Under the pieces are notes generated by a model that saw nothing but the letters and a program-made list of their open reading frames with translations, did not search any database and was not told the origin of the DNA. The position numbers were made by a program, and so were the translations under genes. Shown here piece by piece: positions 30,704 to 39,886 of a DNA stretch of 64,000 nucleotides (its first letter is position 1; each line of letters starts with the position of its first letter). Origin of the DNA: an uncultured Clostridia bacterium. GTDB lineage: Bacteria > Bacillota > Clostridia > TANB77 > CAG-508. The stretch is from assembly GCA_948560265.1 (NCBI GenBank), contig CAOXTD010000002.1, positions 93,580 to 157,579 on the forward strand. Reading direction: 5' to 3'.

Positions 30704-31293
30704 TGCAACAAGAAACAGAAGAATTGACTCACCTTTATAATCAATGCCTAACAGAACTTGCTTCCATAGGAATTGACATAAACAATAAAGAAATAATTGG
30801 GACAATTGATATTAAGCTAGCAAAAAGAGCAAGCAAAAGATATGGTTGTTGCAAACAGGAAAATCCAGATGAAAAATATAAAATCATACAAAAAAGAGGA
30901 TATCATAAAATAATCAAATACGAAAAATTTCAGAGCCATCATATTGAAATTAGCAATTGGGTTATGAAGTTAAACAATGATATCATTAAAAATACAATTA
31001 TGCATGAACTAATACATTGCATTCCTTTTTGCAATAACCATGGAAAAGAGTTCAAGAAATATGCTAAATATATTAATCAAAAATTAGGATATCATATTAC
31101 TACCAAAGGAAATATAGAGGAAGATTATAAAGCAAGCCAACTAGAATATGTGGAACAAAATGACTACAAATATAAGATTCAATGCCAAAATTGTGGTCAA
31201 GTTATTTATCGAAAAAGATTGAATCCTAGTTTGATAAAAAGATATCGTTGTGGAAAATGTAAAGGAAAGCTAAAATTAATAGAAGAAAAATAG
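30703..31293 (+). CDS. SprT-like zinc metalloprotease domain protein with C-terminal zinc ribbon
   Basis: HELIHC (HExxH) plus CQNCG...CGKCKG. The start overlaps the upstream stop (TAATG). Confidence 0.65.
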   Translation: MQQETEELTHLYNQCLTELASIGIDINNKEIIGTIDIKLAKRASKRYGCCKQENPDEKYKIIQKRGYHKIIKYEKFQSHHIEISNWVMKLNNDIIKNTIMHELIHCIPFCNNHGKEFKKYAKYINQKLGYHITTKGNIEEDYKASQLEYVEQNDYKYKIQCQNCGQVIYRKRLNPSLIKRYRCGKCKGKLKLIEEK

Positions 31294-31330
31294 CAAGGGT
31301 AGAAGAAAATATGCTCTTGCTATTTTTGAA
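31294..31330 (+). terminator. rho-independent terminator
   Basis: AGCAAG-ggtagaagaaaatatgct-CTTGCT followed by ATTTTTG. Confidence 0.5.
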
Positions 31331-31666
31331 AAAAATCTTGATAAGAATAAGTTTTGGATAAAATTTAATTAGGGAACTTATTTTATCTATTAACATAATT
31401 ATATCACTAAAGTAAGGTCGAAATTTGTAGAAATTGGTCAACAGACTACAAAAAGATAAAAAACATGATAAATACTATAACGAACACTAAAAAAATGTCA
31501 AAAAAAGTAGAAAATTGACGAAAATAAGTAAATGAACAAACTAGGTGAAACAAAATTTACAAAAGTGCTTGCAAAAGCAAATACAATTCGTTACAATAAT
31601 ATTATTATTTCAATTGATTTATTTCAAAAAATTATTTCAAAAAACAATCCAAAGGAGAAATTTAAA

Positions 31667-33205
31667 ATGTTATCTATTACAAAATCTATGACCTTGCATG
31701 GACTACAAGGCTTTTTAATTGACGTGCAAGTAGATGTTTCAGCAGGAATGCCAGCATGGGATGTTGTAGGACTCCCCGATACCAGCGTAAGAGAAGCTAA
31801 GGAAAGAGTTAGGACAGCTATTAAAAATTCAGGATATGAATTATTTAGTAGAAAAATTGTAGTTAACTTAGCACCAGCAGATATCAAAAAAGAAGGCTCT
31901 ACTTTTGATTTGCCAATTGCAGTTGGGATATTAATGAGTTTAGAAATTATCTATGGCAAAGGAAATCAAGACACTTTATTAATAGGAGAACTATCTTTAA
32001 ATGGAAACCTTAATCCAATTGAAGGCGCATTACCAATTTGTATTGAAGCTAAAAAGTTAGGAATTAAGAAAGTAATTTTACCACAAGCGAATGCAAAAGA
32101 AGCGTCTATCATAGAAGGGATAGAAATATTAGGAGCCTATGACTTAACAGAAGTAGTAAATTATTTTAATGGAGATAGTAAAATACAAAGTTATCATACA
32201 GACTGGAAAGAATGTACAAAAAATAGGCAACAAGAGTCATTAGACTTTGCAGATGTCAAAGGACAAGAAAATGTTAAAAGAGCAGTAGAGGTTGCTGCTG
32301 CAGGAGGGCATAATTGTTTACTTATTCGGAAGCCCAGGTTCCCGGAAAAACAATGATAGCTAAAAGAATTCCATCCATATTACCAGATTTGAGTTTTGAA
32401 GAAGCCTTAGAAATTACTAAAATTCATAGTATAGCAGGAATTTTAAAATCAGAAATTCCAATCATTACAACTAGACCATTTCGTTCACCTCATCATACTA
32501 TTTCAGCCACCTCGTTAATAGGAGGTGGAAGAATTCCAAAACCAGGAGAAATTAGTTTATCACATTATGGTGTTTTATTCTTAGACGAACTCCCAGAATT
32601 TAATCAACATACTTTAGAAGTCCTGCGAGGACCATTAGAAGATGGAACAGTCACAATTAGTAGAGTAAATGCTAGCTTTACATATCCTTGTGAGTTTATG
32701 TTTGTTGCATCCATGAATCCATGTCCTTGTGGATATTATGGTTCACCAGATAAAGAATGTTCTTGCAACCCGCAAACAATCAGTAAATATATGGGAAAGA
32801 TAAGTCGGACCTTTATTAGATAGAATTGATATTCAAATAGAAGTAAGCCCCGTCAAATATGAAAAATTAGGCAAAGAAGAAAAGACAGAAACCTCACAAG
32901 AAATTAAGAAAAAGGTGAATCAAGCAAGAGAGATTCAGAGGAAGAGATATAAGGAAGAAGCAATTTTCTCTAATGCAGCTTTAACTCCAAAACTAATAGA
33001 GAAATATTGTAAATTAGATGAAGAAAGCAAGAAAATACTAGAAATAGCCTTTGAAAAATTAGGACTTAGTGCTAGAGCTTATGGACGTATTTTAAAAGTA
33101 GCAAGGACTATTGCAGATTTAGTTGGTTCAGAGCAAATACAAAAAAATCACATAGCAGAAGCTATACAATATAGAAGTTTAGATAAAAAATATAGGAGGA
33201 ATTAG
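31667..33205 (+). pseudogene. comM: comM/yifB (Mg-chelatase-like AAA+ competence protein) disrupted by three +1 frameshifts
   Basis: Three ORFs (31667-32356, 32314-32823, 32915-33205) together encode a YifB/ComM-like protein. The Walker A region reads LLI|R...PGKTMIAK instead of LLIGSPGSGKT. Single extra C before GGA at ~32328, ~32343 and ~32806. Confidence 0.75.
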
Positions 33206-33206
33206 T

Positions 33207-33255
33207 GTCAGATTGGGGACGTTCCTTTTTCTGACACTTTTGTCAGATTGGGGAC
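33207..33255 (+). repeat. two direct copies of GTCAGATTGGGGACG, 19 bp apart, between comM and dprA
   Basis: Copies at 33207-33221 and 33241-33255. The first is part of a GTCAGA...TCTGAC hairpin. Confidence 0.7.
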
Positions 33256-33280
33256 GCACCTTACAGCACAAAAAAAGAAA

Positions 33281-34126
33281 ATGGAAATTATAATACGAAG
33301 GGATGAGTACTATCCAAAACGACTATTACAAATACAGAATCCGCCAGAAAGGCTATATGTAGAAGGAGATAAAAAATTATTAAATCAAGACGCTATTGCC
33401 ATTGTAGGGACAAGAAACTATACAAAGTATGGGGAAAAATATGCCAGCAAGTTTGCAAGAGAATTATCCCAAAAAGGCATTAGTATTGTCAGTGGGCTAG
33501 CTAGAGGTATTGATTCTATTGCTCATATCAATTCCATGGAACAAGAAGGGAAAACAATTGCAGTATTAGGAAGCGGATTCAATCATATTTATCCAGAAGA
33601 AAATAGATATTTATATCAAAAGATTATAGAAAATGGAGGCTGCATTGTGACAGAATATCCGCCAGAAACACTAGTAGATAAAGCAAAATTTCCTAAAAGA
33701 AATAGAATTATTAGTGGGCTAGCCATGGGAGTTTTAGTAATAGAAGCAAGGTATAGAAGCGGGACTTCTATTACAGCTAAACATGCTATTAGTCAACACA
33801 AAGAGGTATTCTGCATACCACATCCACTAGATACTCCAACAGGATATATACCTAATTTGCTAATTCAACAAGGAGCTCAAATAGTTACTTCAGGAAGTGA
33901 CATTTTGCAATACTATAACGAAGACGAAAAATATCAGGGACAAGAAGTGTCACAAGAATATCAAGAAGTATATAACTTAATTGGGAAATTACCAATTTCA
34001 GCCAATAATATTGCTAGAATGCTAAATATAGAGATAGCAAGAGTAACAGAAGCTTTATTTATGTTAGAATTAGACGGATTTATCAAGCAATTGCCAGGAA
34101 ATGTATATATTAGAAACTATAAATAG
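33281..34126 (+). CDS. dprA: DNA processing protein DprA (Smf)
   Basis: IAIVGTRNYTKYGEKYASKFARELSQKGISIVSGLARGIDSIAH is the DprA Rossmann-like motif. The ATG at 33281 is preferred over the TTG at 33248. Confidence 0.85.
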   Translation: MEIIIRRDEYYPKRLLQIQNPPERLYVEGDKKLLNQDAIAIVGTRNYTKYGEKYASKFARELSQKGISIVSGLARGIDSIAHINSMEQEGKTIAVLGSGFNHIYPEENRYLYQKIIENGGCIVTEYPPETLVDKAKFPKRNRIISGLAMGVLVIEARYRSGTSITAKHAISQHKEVFCIPHPLDTPTGYIPNLLIQQGAQIVTSGSDILQYYNEDEKYQGQEVSQEYQEVYNLIGKLPISANNIARMLNIEIARVTEALFMLELDGFIKQLPGNVYIRNYK

Positions 34127-34141
34127 AAAAGGAAAAATGAC

Positions 34142-34495
34142 ATGTATGAAAGACACGAATTAGGCAGAGAAGGAGAAGAAACTGCAACAAAATATTTAGA
34201 AAAACAAGGTTATCAAATCATCCAAAGGAACTTTTCATGTAAACAAGGAGAAATTGATATTATTGCAAAAGACAAGAATGAATATGTATTTATTGAAGTG
34301 AAGACACGACAAAATACACATTATGGTATGCCATGTGAAGCAGTACATAGTCGAAAGCAAAAACATATCTGGTATGCAACGAAATATTACCTGTATCTTC
34401 ATAAGTTAGAAAGTCAATATATTCGATTTGATGTGGTAGAAGTGTATAAGAAAAAGGGTGAGTTTTATATTAATCACATTAAGCAGATTAAGTAA
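34142..34495 (+). CDS. yraN: YraN family (UPF0102) endonuclease-like protein
   Basis: GREGEETATKYLEKQGYQIIQRNFSCKQGEIDIIAKDKNEYVFIEVKTR. Confidence 0.75.
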   Translation: MYERHELGREGEETATKYLEKQGYQIIQRNFSCKQGEIDIIAKDKNEYVFIEVKTRQNTHYGMPCEAVHSRKQKHIWYATKYYLYLHKLESQYIRFDVVEVYKKKGEFYINHIKQIK

Positions 34496-34641
34496 AAATA
34501 AAACAATTCGAAAAAATATGAGGGGAAAACAAAAAAGTATGCTAAAATTAAATCTTAATATAGATATATTAGAAAAATCCATTAACCATTTCCAACAAAA
34601 CCGTATACAATATATCAAACAAAAAATAAAGGAGGACAAAT

Positions 34642-35601
34642 ATGCTAGGAACAATAGGAAACACACCACTAATTAAAATTAAATACCAATATAAACAAAA
34701 AACAAACTACATATATGCGAAATTAGAAAGCTATAACTTAACAGGAAGCATCAAAGACAGAACAGCTTATTACATTATTACAAAGGCCAAGCAAAGAGGA
34801 ACTCTAAAAGAAGGAATGCCCATTATAGAAGCAACAAGTGGCAACACTGGAATTTCGTTATCAGCCTTAGGAAAATATTATCATCATCCAGTATATATTT
34901 TTATGCCCAATTGGGTAAGCAAGGAAAGAATACAATTAATGAAAAGTTATGGGGCACAAGTCACCACATTTTCACATGAGCAGGGAGGCTTCAAAAGGTG
35001 TATCCAAGAAGCACAGAAATTAGCAAAAAGAATCAATGGTTTTCTAGCCAACCAATTTGCTAATCAAGATAATTTATTAGCACAATATGAAACAACAGGA
35101 CAAGAAATTGTTAATCAAGTGCCAGAAGATATTGGTGGATTTGTGTCAGGAGTAGGAACTGGTGGAACTCTCATGGGAATAGGAAAAAAGATAAGAAGGA
35201 GTTATCCAGAAGCAAAGGTGGTTGCTATTGAGCCAGATAGTATGCCATTAATTTCTAAAAATAGAATCATAGGACCACATAAAATAGAAGGAATAGGTGA
35301 TGACTTTATTCCCGCCTTAATTGACAAAAACGAAATAGATAAAGTCATTTTAATTCATGATATGGACGCCATTAATATGTCAAGAAAGCTATCAACTGAC
35401 TTAGGACTAGGAGTTGGAATTTCCTCAGGAGCTAACTTTTTAGGTTGTATTCTATTACAAAACGAAATAAAAACGCCAGTCGTTACAGTCTTTGCAGATG
35501 ACAACAAAAAGTATTTAAGCACAGATTTAAGCAAACCAATAGACGAAAACGAGAAATATATTTCAAATCAAGTAAAATTAATAACATATGAAGTGTGCTA
35601 A
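34642..35601 (+). CDS. PLP-dependent cysteine synthase family protein (CysK/CysM-like)
   Basis: PLP-lysine motif SIKDR, TSGNTG and the glycine loop GTGGT. Confidence 0.75.
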   Translation: MLGTIGNTPLIKIKYQYKQKTNYIYAKLESYNLTGSIKDRTAYYIITKAKQRGTLKEGMPIIEATSGNTGISLSALGKYYHHPVYIFMPNWVSKERIQLMKSYGAQVTTFSHEQGGFKRCIQEAQKLAKRINGFLANQFANQDNLLAQYETTGQEIVNQVPEDIGGFVSGVGTGGTLMGIGKKIRRSYPEAKVVAIEPDSMPLISKNRIIGPHKIEGIGDDFIPALIDKNEIDKVILIHDMDAINMSRKLSTDLGLGVGISSGANFLGCILLQNEIKTPVVTVFADDNKKYLSTDLSKPIDENEKYISNQVKLITYEVC

Positions 35602-35658
35602 TCACATAAATAAGCTTCTCTCATAAGATATATAAAACTTATGAAAGGAGCTTTTTTT

Positions 35659-36900
35659 ATGGTACAAAGAAAAATAAAAGAAATATTTATCATTTTAGTA
35701 TGTTTTAGTTTTTTATTCTATGTATTACCAACTACATCTCAAGCATTTGGTCCGTCAGATGATGTCCTTTATGAAGGAATAGATGTCAGTAACTATCAAG
35801 GTGAAATTGATTTCAAGAAAGTGAAAGAAGCTGGCATTCAAGTAGTATATATTAAAGCAAGCGAAGGCACCTATTACATAGACCCATATTTAGAAAGAAA
35901 CTATCAAAAAGCAAAAGAAAATGGCTTAAAAGTTGGGCTATACCATTATGTTGTAGCAAGAACAGAAGAAGAAGCAAAAAGAGAAGCAAGATTTTTTGTA
36001 GCACGAGCCTCAGGAAAAGACTTAGATTGCAAGTTAGCCATGGATTTTGAAACATTTGGAAGTCTAAATAAAACAGAAATTAATAAAATAGGAATTACAT
36101 TTTTAAGAGAAGTAGAGAGACTAAGCGGAAAACAAGCAATTTTATATAGTAATGCATACACAGCAAGTAATATATGGTCAGGTGAAAACACGAAATATCC
36201 TTTATGGGTAGCAGAATATGGAGCAGAGCGACCAAGCAATAGTGGTACTTGGAAGAGTTGGGCAGGGTGGCAATATGCTGATAATGGAAGAATAAATGGA
36301 ATTAGGGGATATGTGGATAGAGATAAATTCACAAAAGAAGTATTCTTAGGCGACAACTCTACCATTCCACCAGTAGATCCGCCAGATGATGGAGGAGGAA
36401 ATGAGCCAACGCCAGAAAAAACAAAAAAGATTACCATTAAGTGGGGAGATACTTTATCAGAACTTGCTGTAAAATACAATACTACAGTATCAGAATTAGT
36501 CAAGCTAAATAATATTGCAAATCCAAATCTCATTTATGCAGGTAATACCTTAATTGTACCAGTGAAAAATACAGGTGGAAGTTCTGGAGGAATAGAAATA
36601 TATACCATACAAAAAGGGGATACTTTATCCCATATTGCACAAAGATATAATACAACAGTCCAACAAATAGCATCAGACAACAATATTCAAAACATTCACT
36701 TAATTCATTCTGGACAAAAACTACAAATACGAACTAGCTGTTACGGTGATTGTGGACATAGACTTTATACTGTTAGAAAAGGAGACACATTATGGAGCAT
36801 CGCAAGAAGATTTAACACAAGTATTGCCAATATTGTAAGAATTAATCATATCCAAAATCCAAACCGAATTCACCCAGGGCAAATGTTTAGAATAAGGTAG
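35659..36900 (+). CDS. GH25 family lysozyme (muramidase) with N-terminal signal peptide and three C-terminal LysM domains
   Basis: GIDVSNYQGEIDFKKVKEAGIQVVYIKASEG is the GH25 motif. Three ~45-aa LysM repeats (GDTL...I...NNI). Confidence 0.8.
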   Translation: MVQRKIKEIFIILVCFSFLFYVLPTTSQAFGPSDDVLYEGIDVSNYQGEIDFKKVKEAGIQVVYIKASEGTYYIDPYLERNYQKAKENGLKVGLYHYVVARTEEEAKREARFFVARASGKDLDCKLAMDFETFGSLNKTEINKIGITFLREVERLSGKQAILYSNAYTASNIWSGENTKYPLWVAEYGAERPSNSGTWKSWAGWQYADNGRINGIRGYVDRDKFTKEVFLGDNSTIPPVDPPDDGGGNEPTPEKTKKITIKWGDTLSELAVKYNTTVSELVKLNNIANPNLIYAGNTLIVPVKNTGGSSGGIEIYTIQKGDTLSHIAQRYNTTVQQIASDNNIQNIHLIHSGQKLQIRTSCYGDCGHRLYTVRKGDTLWSIARRFNTSIANIVRINHIQNPNRIHPGQMFRIR

Positions 36901-36961
36901 CACAAAATTATGTAACCTTTCATAAAATACAATATGATGAATTTAAAACTAGGAGGTACTT

Positions 36962-37705
36962 ATGAAAGAAGTATTAAAACTAAAGAAAGTAAGCAAAAGG
37001 TACCAAGCGAAAAATGGAGAAGTAGAAGCTTTATCTAATATCAGTTTTTCCGTTAAAGAAGGAGAATTTGTCAGCATTATTGGCCCAAGTGGATGTGGAA
37101 AATCAACACTCCTTTCCATTATTGCAGGATTAGAACCGAAAACAGAAGGGGATATCCAAATAGATGGAAACACAGGGTATATGCTTCAAAAAGATAGTTT
37201 ATTAGAATGGAGAAGCATTTATGACAATGTTTTATTTGGCTTAGAAATAGGTCATAAGAAAACAAAAGAAAATGAAGCATATGTATTAGAACTACTCAAA
37301 AAATATGGACTCTATGAATTCAAGGACAAATATCCAACCCAACTTTCAGGAGGAATGAGGCAAAGAGCAGCACTCATTAGAACACTTGCTATCAAGCCGA
37401 ATATACTATTGTTAGACGAAGCCTTTTCCGCATTAGATTATCAAACTAGAATTATGGTTACCAATGATATCTTTCAAATATTGAAAAATGAAAATATAAC
37501 AGCTGTCATAGTAACACACGACATATCAGAAGCAATCAGTATGTCAGACAGAGTAGTAGTGCTATCGAAAAGACCAGCAACAGTTAAAAGCATACACAAT
37601 ATTGAATTTGAAATGGATAACAGAAACCCTATCAACTGTAGAGAAAGCCCTAAATTTAGCAAATACTTTGACACAATATGGAAGGAGCTAGATGTACATG
37701 CGTGA
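36962..37705 (+). CDS. ABC transporter ATP-binding protein (nitrate/sulfonate/taurine family)
   Basis: Walker A GPSGCGKST, signature LSGGMRQR and Walker B LLLDEAF. Confidence 0.8.
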   Translation: MKEVLKLKKVSKRYQAKNGEVEALSNISFSVKEGEFVSIIGPSGCGKSTLLSIIAGLEPKTEGDIQIDGNTGYMLQKDSLLEWRSIYDNVLFGLEIGHKKTKENEAYVLELLKKYGLYEFKDKYPTQLSGGMRQRAALIRTLAIKPNILLLDEAFSALDYQTRIMVTNDIFQILKNENITAVIVTHDISEAISMSDRVVVLSKRPATVKSIHNIEFEMDNRNPINCRESPKFSKYFDTIWKELDVHA

Positions 37706-38510
37706 AAAAAACATATCAGAAGATAGAAAAAAATACTTAAGAAAAGTAAAAAAAGGAAAAATAGCAGTAATTGTTACCCAATTACTCATTCTACTCCTAT
37801 TTATAATAGGGTGGGAAATCCTTGCAAATCAAGGAATAATCGACAGTTTCATCACAAGCCAACCTTCTAGAATTTTAAACACATTTTTAAATTTATCATC
37901 CAATGGCTTATTAGAACATTTAGGAGTAACTTTAACCGAAACCTTAATTGGCTTTATTTCTGGTGTTCTCTTAGGAATTGCTATTGCCATTTGCTTATGG
38001 TGGTCCCCTTTTCTATCAAAGGTGTCAGAACCATATTTAGTAGTATTAAATAGCTTACCAAAAGTAGCACTTGGTCCAGTTATTATTATCTGGGTAGGAG
38101 CAGGAATGGGAGCTATTATTACAATGGGGCTCGCAATTTCTTTAATCGTAACCGTGTTGGAAATTTTAAATGGCTTTTTAAATACAGACAAAGAATTAAT
38201 CAAAATGGCACAAACTTTTGGAGCAAGCAAGCTTCAAATTTTAACCAAAATTGTTATTCCTGCTAATATTACCACCTTTTTTAACTCATTAAAAGTTAAC
38301 ATTGGTTTATCATTAGTAGGAGTAATTACAGGAGAATTCCTAGTATCTAAAGCAGGTTTAGGATACCTAATTGTCTATGGTGGTCAGGTATTCCAACTAG
38401 ACCTAGTTATGACAGGTGTGATTATTCTAGCCATTATGGCTGCTGTTATTTATGAAGCAATTATACTTCTAGAAAAATTTGTGATGAAGAAAATGTCAAA
38501 GAGAGGATGA
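37692..38510 (+). CDS. ABC transporter permease (SsuC/TauC-like)
   Basis: About 6 TM helices and the EAA-like loop region. Confidence 0.75.
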   Translation: MYMREKNISEDRKKYLRKVKKGKIAVIVTQLLILLLFIIGWEILANQGIIDSFITSQPSRILNTFLNLSSNGLLEHLGVTLTETLIGFISGVLLGIAIAICLWWSPFLSKVSEPYLVVLNSLPKVALGPVIIIWVGAGMGAIITMGLAISLIVTVLEILNGFLNTDKELIKMAQTFGASKLQILTKIVIPANITTFFNSLKVNIGLSLVGVITGEFLVSKAGLGYLIVYGGQVFQLDLVMTGVIILAIMAAVIYEAIILLEKFVMKKMSKRG

Positions 38511-39532
38511 AAAACTTGAAAAAATATTTAATTACTATTTTAGTTATTGCAGTAGTAGCAGTTGTAATGACAACTTGTATACTATTGAATAAAAAGGAAG
38601 AAACAGTAGATTTAAAAACAATTCGTGTAAATGAAGTAACACGTTCTGTATTCTATGCTCCACAATATGTAGCTATTAATAATGGTTACTTTGAAGAAGA
38701 GGGGCTAAAAATAGAATTAACAACTGGTCAAGGTGCTGACAAGGTAATGACAGCAGTATTAGCAGGTCAAAGTGATATAGGATTTGCTGGACCAGAAGCT
38801 TCTATTTATGTATATAACGAAGGAAAAGAAGATTATACACAAGTATTTGCACAAATGACACAAAAAGATGGCTCCTTCTTAGTAAGTAAAGAGAAAACAG
38901 ACAAATTTAGTTGGCAAGACTTAAAAGGAAAAACCGTTATTCCAGGAAGAAAAGGCGGAGTTCCTTATATGACTTTTGAATATGTACTTAAGAAAAATGG
39001 GTTAAATCCACAAAAAGATTTAGTATTAGACGACAGTATTAAATTCGACTTAATGGCAGGAGCATTTGCAGGTGGAGACGCAGAATATGTAACTCTATTT
39101 GAACCAACAGCATCCATGACAGAAGCAGCAGGAAAAGGTTATGTAGTAGCATCAGTAGGAGAGGCATCAGGAGAAATTCCATATACAGCCTATTTCGCAA
39201 AGAAAAGCTATATGGAACAAAATCCAGAAGTCATCCAAGGATTTACAAATGCCATTTATAAAGGAGAAAAATGGGTAAAAGAACATACGGCAGCAGAAAT
39301 TGTAGAAGTGATTAAAGACTTTTTCCCAGATACAGATGTAAAAATGCTTGAAGCAGCTGTTCAAAGCTATATGGACATTGACGCTTGGAAAAGCGATCCT
39401 ATTTTAAAGAAAGAATCTTTTGATTTACTACAAACAGTTATGAAAGAAGCAGGAGAATTAGAAAAAGAAGGAGACTATGACAAAATAGTTAATAATAGTT
39501 ATGCAGAAAAGGCAATTAAAGAAGTAAAATAG
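38507..39532 (+). CDS. ABC transporter substrate-binding protein (NMT1/SsuA-like), membrane-anchored
   Basis: N-terminal TM/signal, NMT1-like fold, operonic with the ATPase and permease. Confidence 0.7.
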   Translation: MKNLKKYLITILVIAVVAVVMTTCILLNKKEETVDLKTIRVNEVTRSVFYAPQYVAINNGYFEEEGLKIELTTGQGADKVMTAVLAGQSDIGFAGPEASIYVYNEGKEDYTQVFAQMTQKDGSFLVSKEKTDKFSWQDLKGKTVIPGRKGGVPYMTFEYVLKKNGLNPQKDLVLDDSIKFDLMAGAFAGGDAEYVTLFEPTASMTEAAGKGYVVASVGEASGEIPYTAYFAKKSYMEQNPEVIQGFTNAIYKGEKWVKEHTAAEIVEVIKDFFPDTDVKMLEAAVQSYMDIDAWKSDPILKKESFDLLQTVMKEAGELEKEGDYDKIVNNSYAEKAIKEVK

Positions 39533-39544
39533 GAAATTATAGTT

Positions 39545-39590
39545 CGTCGACCTATGATAGTGCAAAAACACTGGGAGGTCGACGAATTTT
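39545..39590 (+). terminator. rho-independent terminator
   Basis: TTCGTCGACC-loop-GGTCGACGAA followed by TTTTC. Confidence 0.6.
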
Positions 39591-39886
39591 CAAATGTGCC
39601 TGTGGAGAGCATTTTAGGAAGAAGTTAGAATTTTTATATATTAGAGTTTAAATTCACATTATGAAAAAATACTAGAGGACGTAAAAGAATTTCAATTTAA
39701 ATATATTAGAACCAAAACTTAGAAAATACAGAATCTTTAGTGCTAAAAGAATAATATATTTAATAAAAAAACACTGGAAAATTTCTAACAAATTTCTTGC
39801 AATTTCGACTAAAGAAAATTATAATAAAGATATCAAAAAGAGAGAAAGTCCCAAAACAAAAATAAAAAAATAAGGGGAAATAAAAT

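Noticed and set aside
34500-34640. Leader upstream of the cysK-like gene checked for a T-box or S-box riboswitch
   Set aside because: It is too short and lacks specifier, T-box or SAM-I conserved elements.
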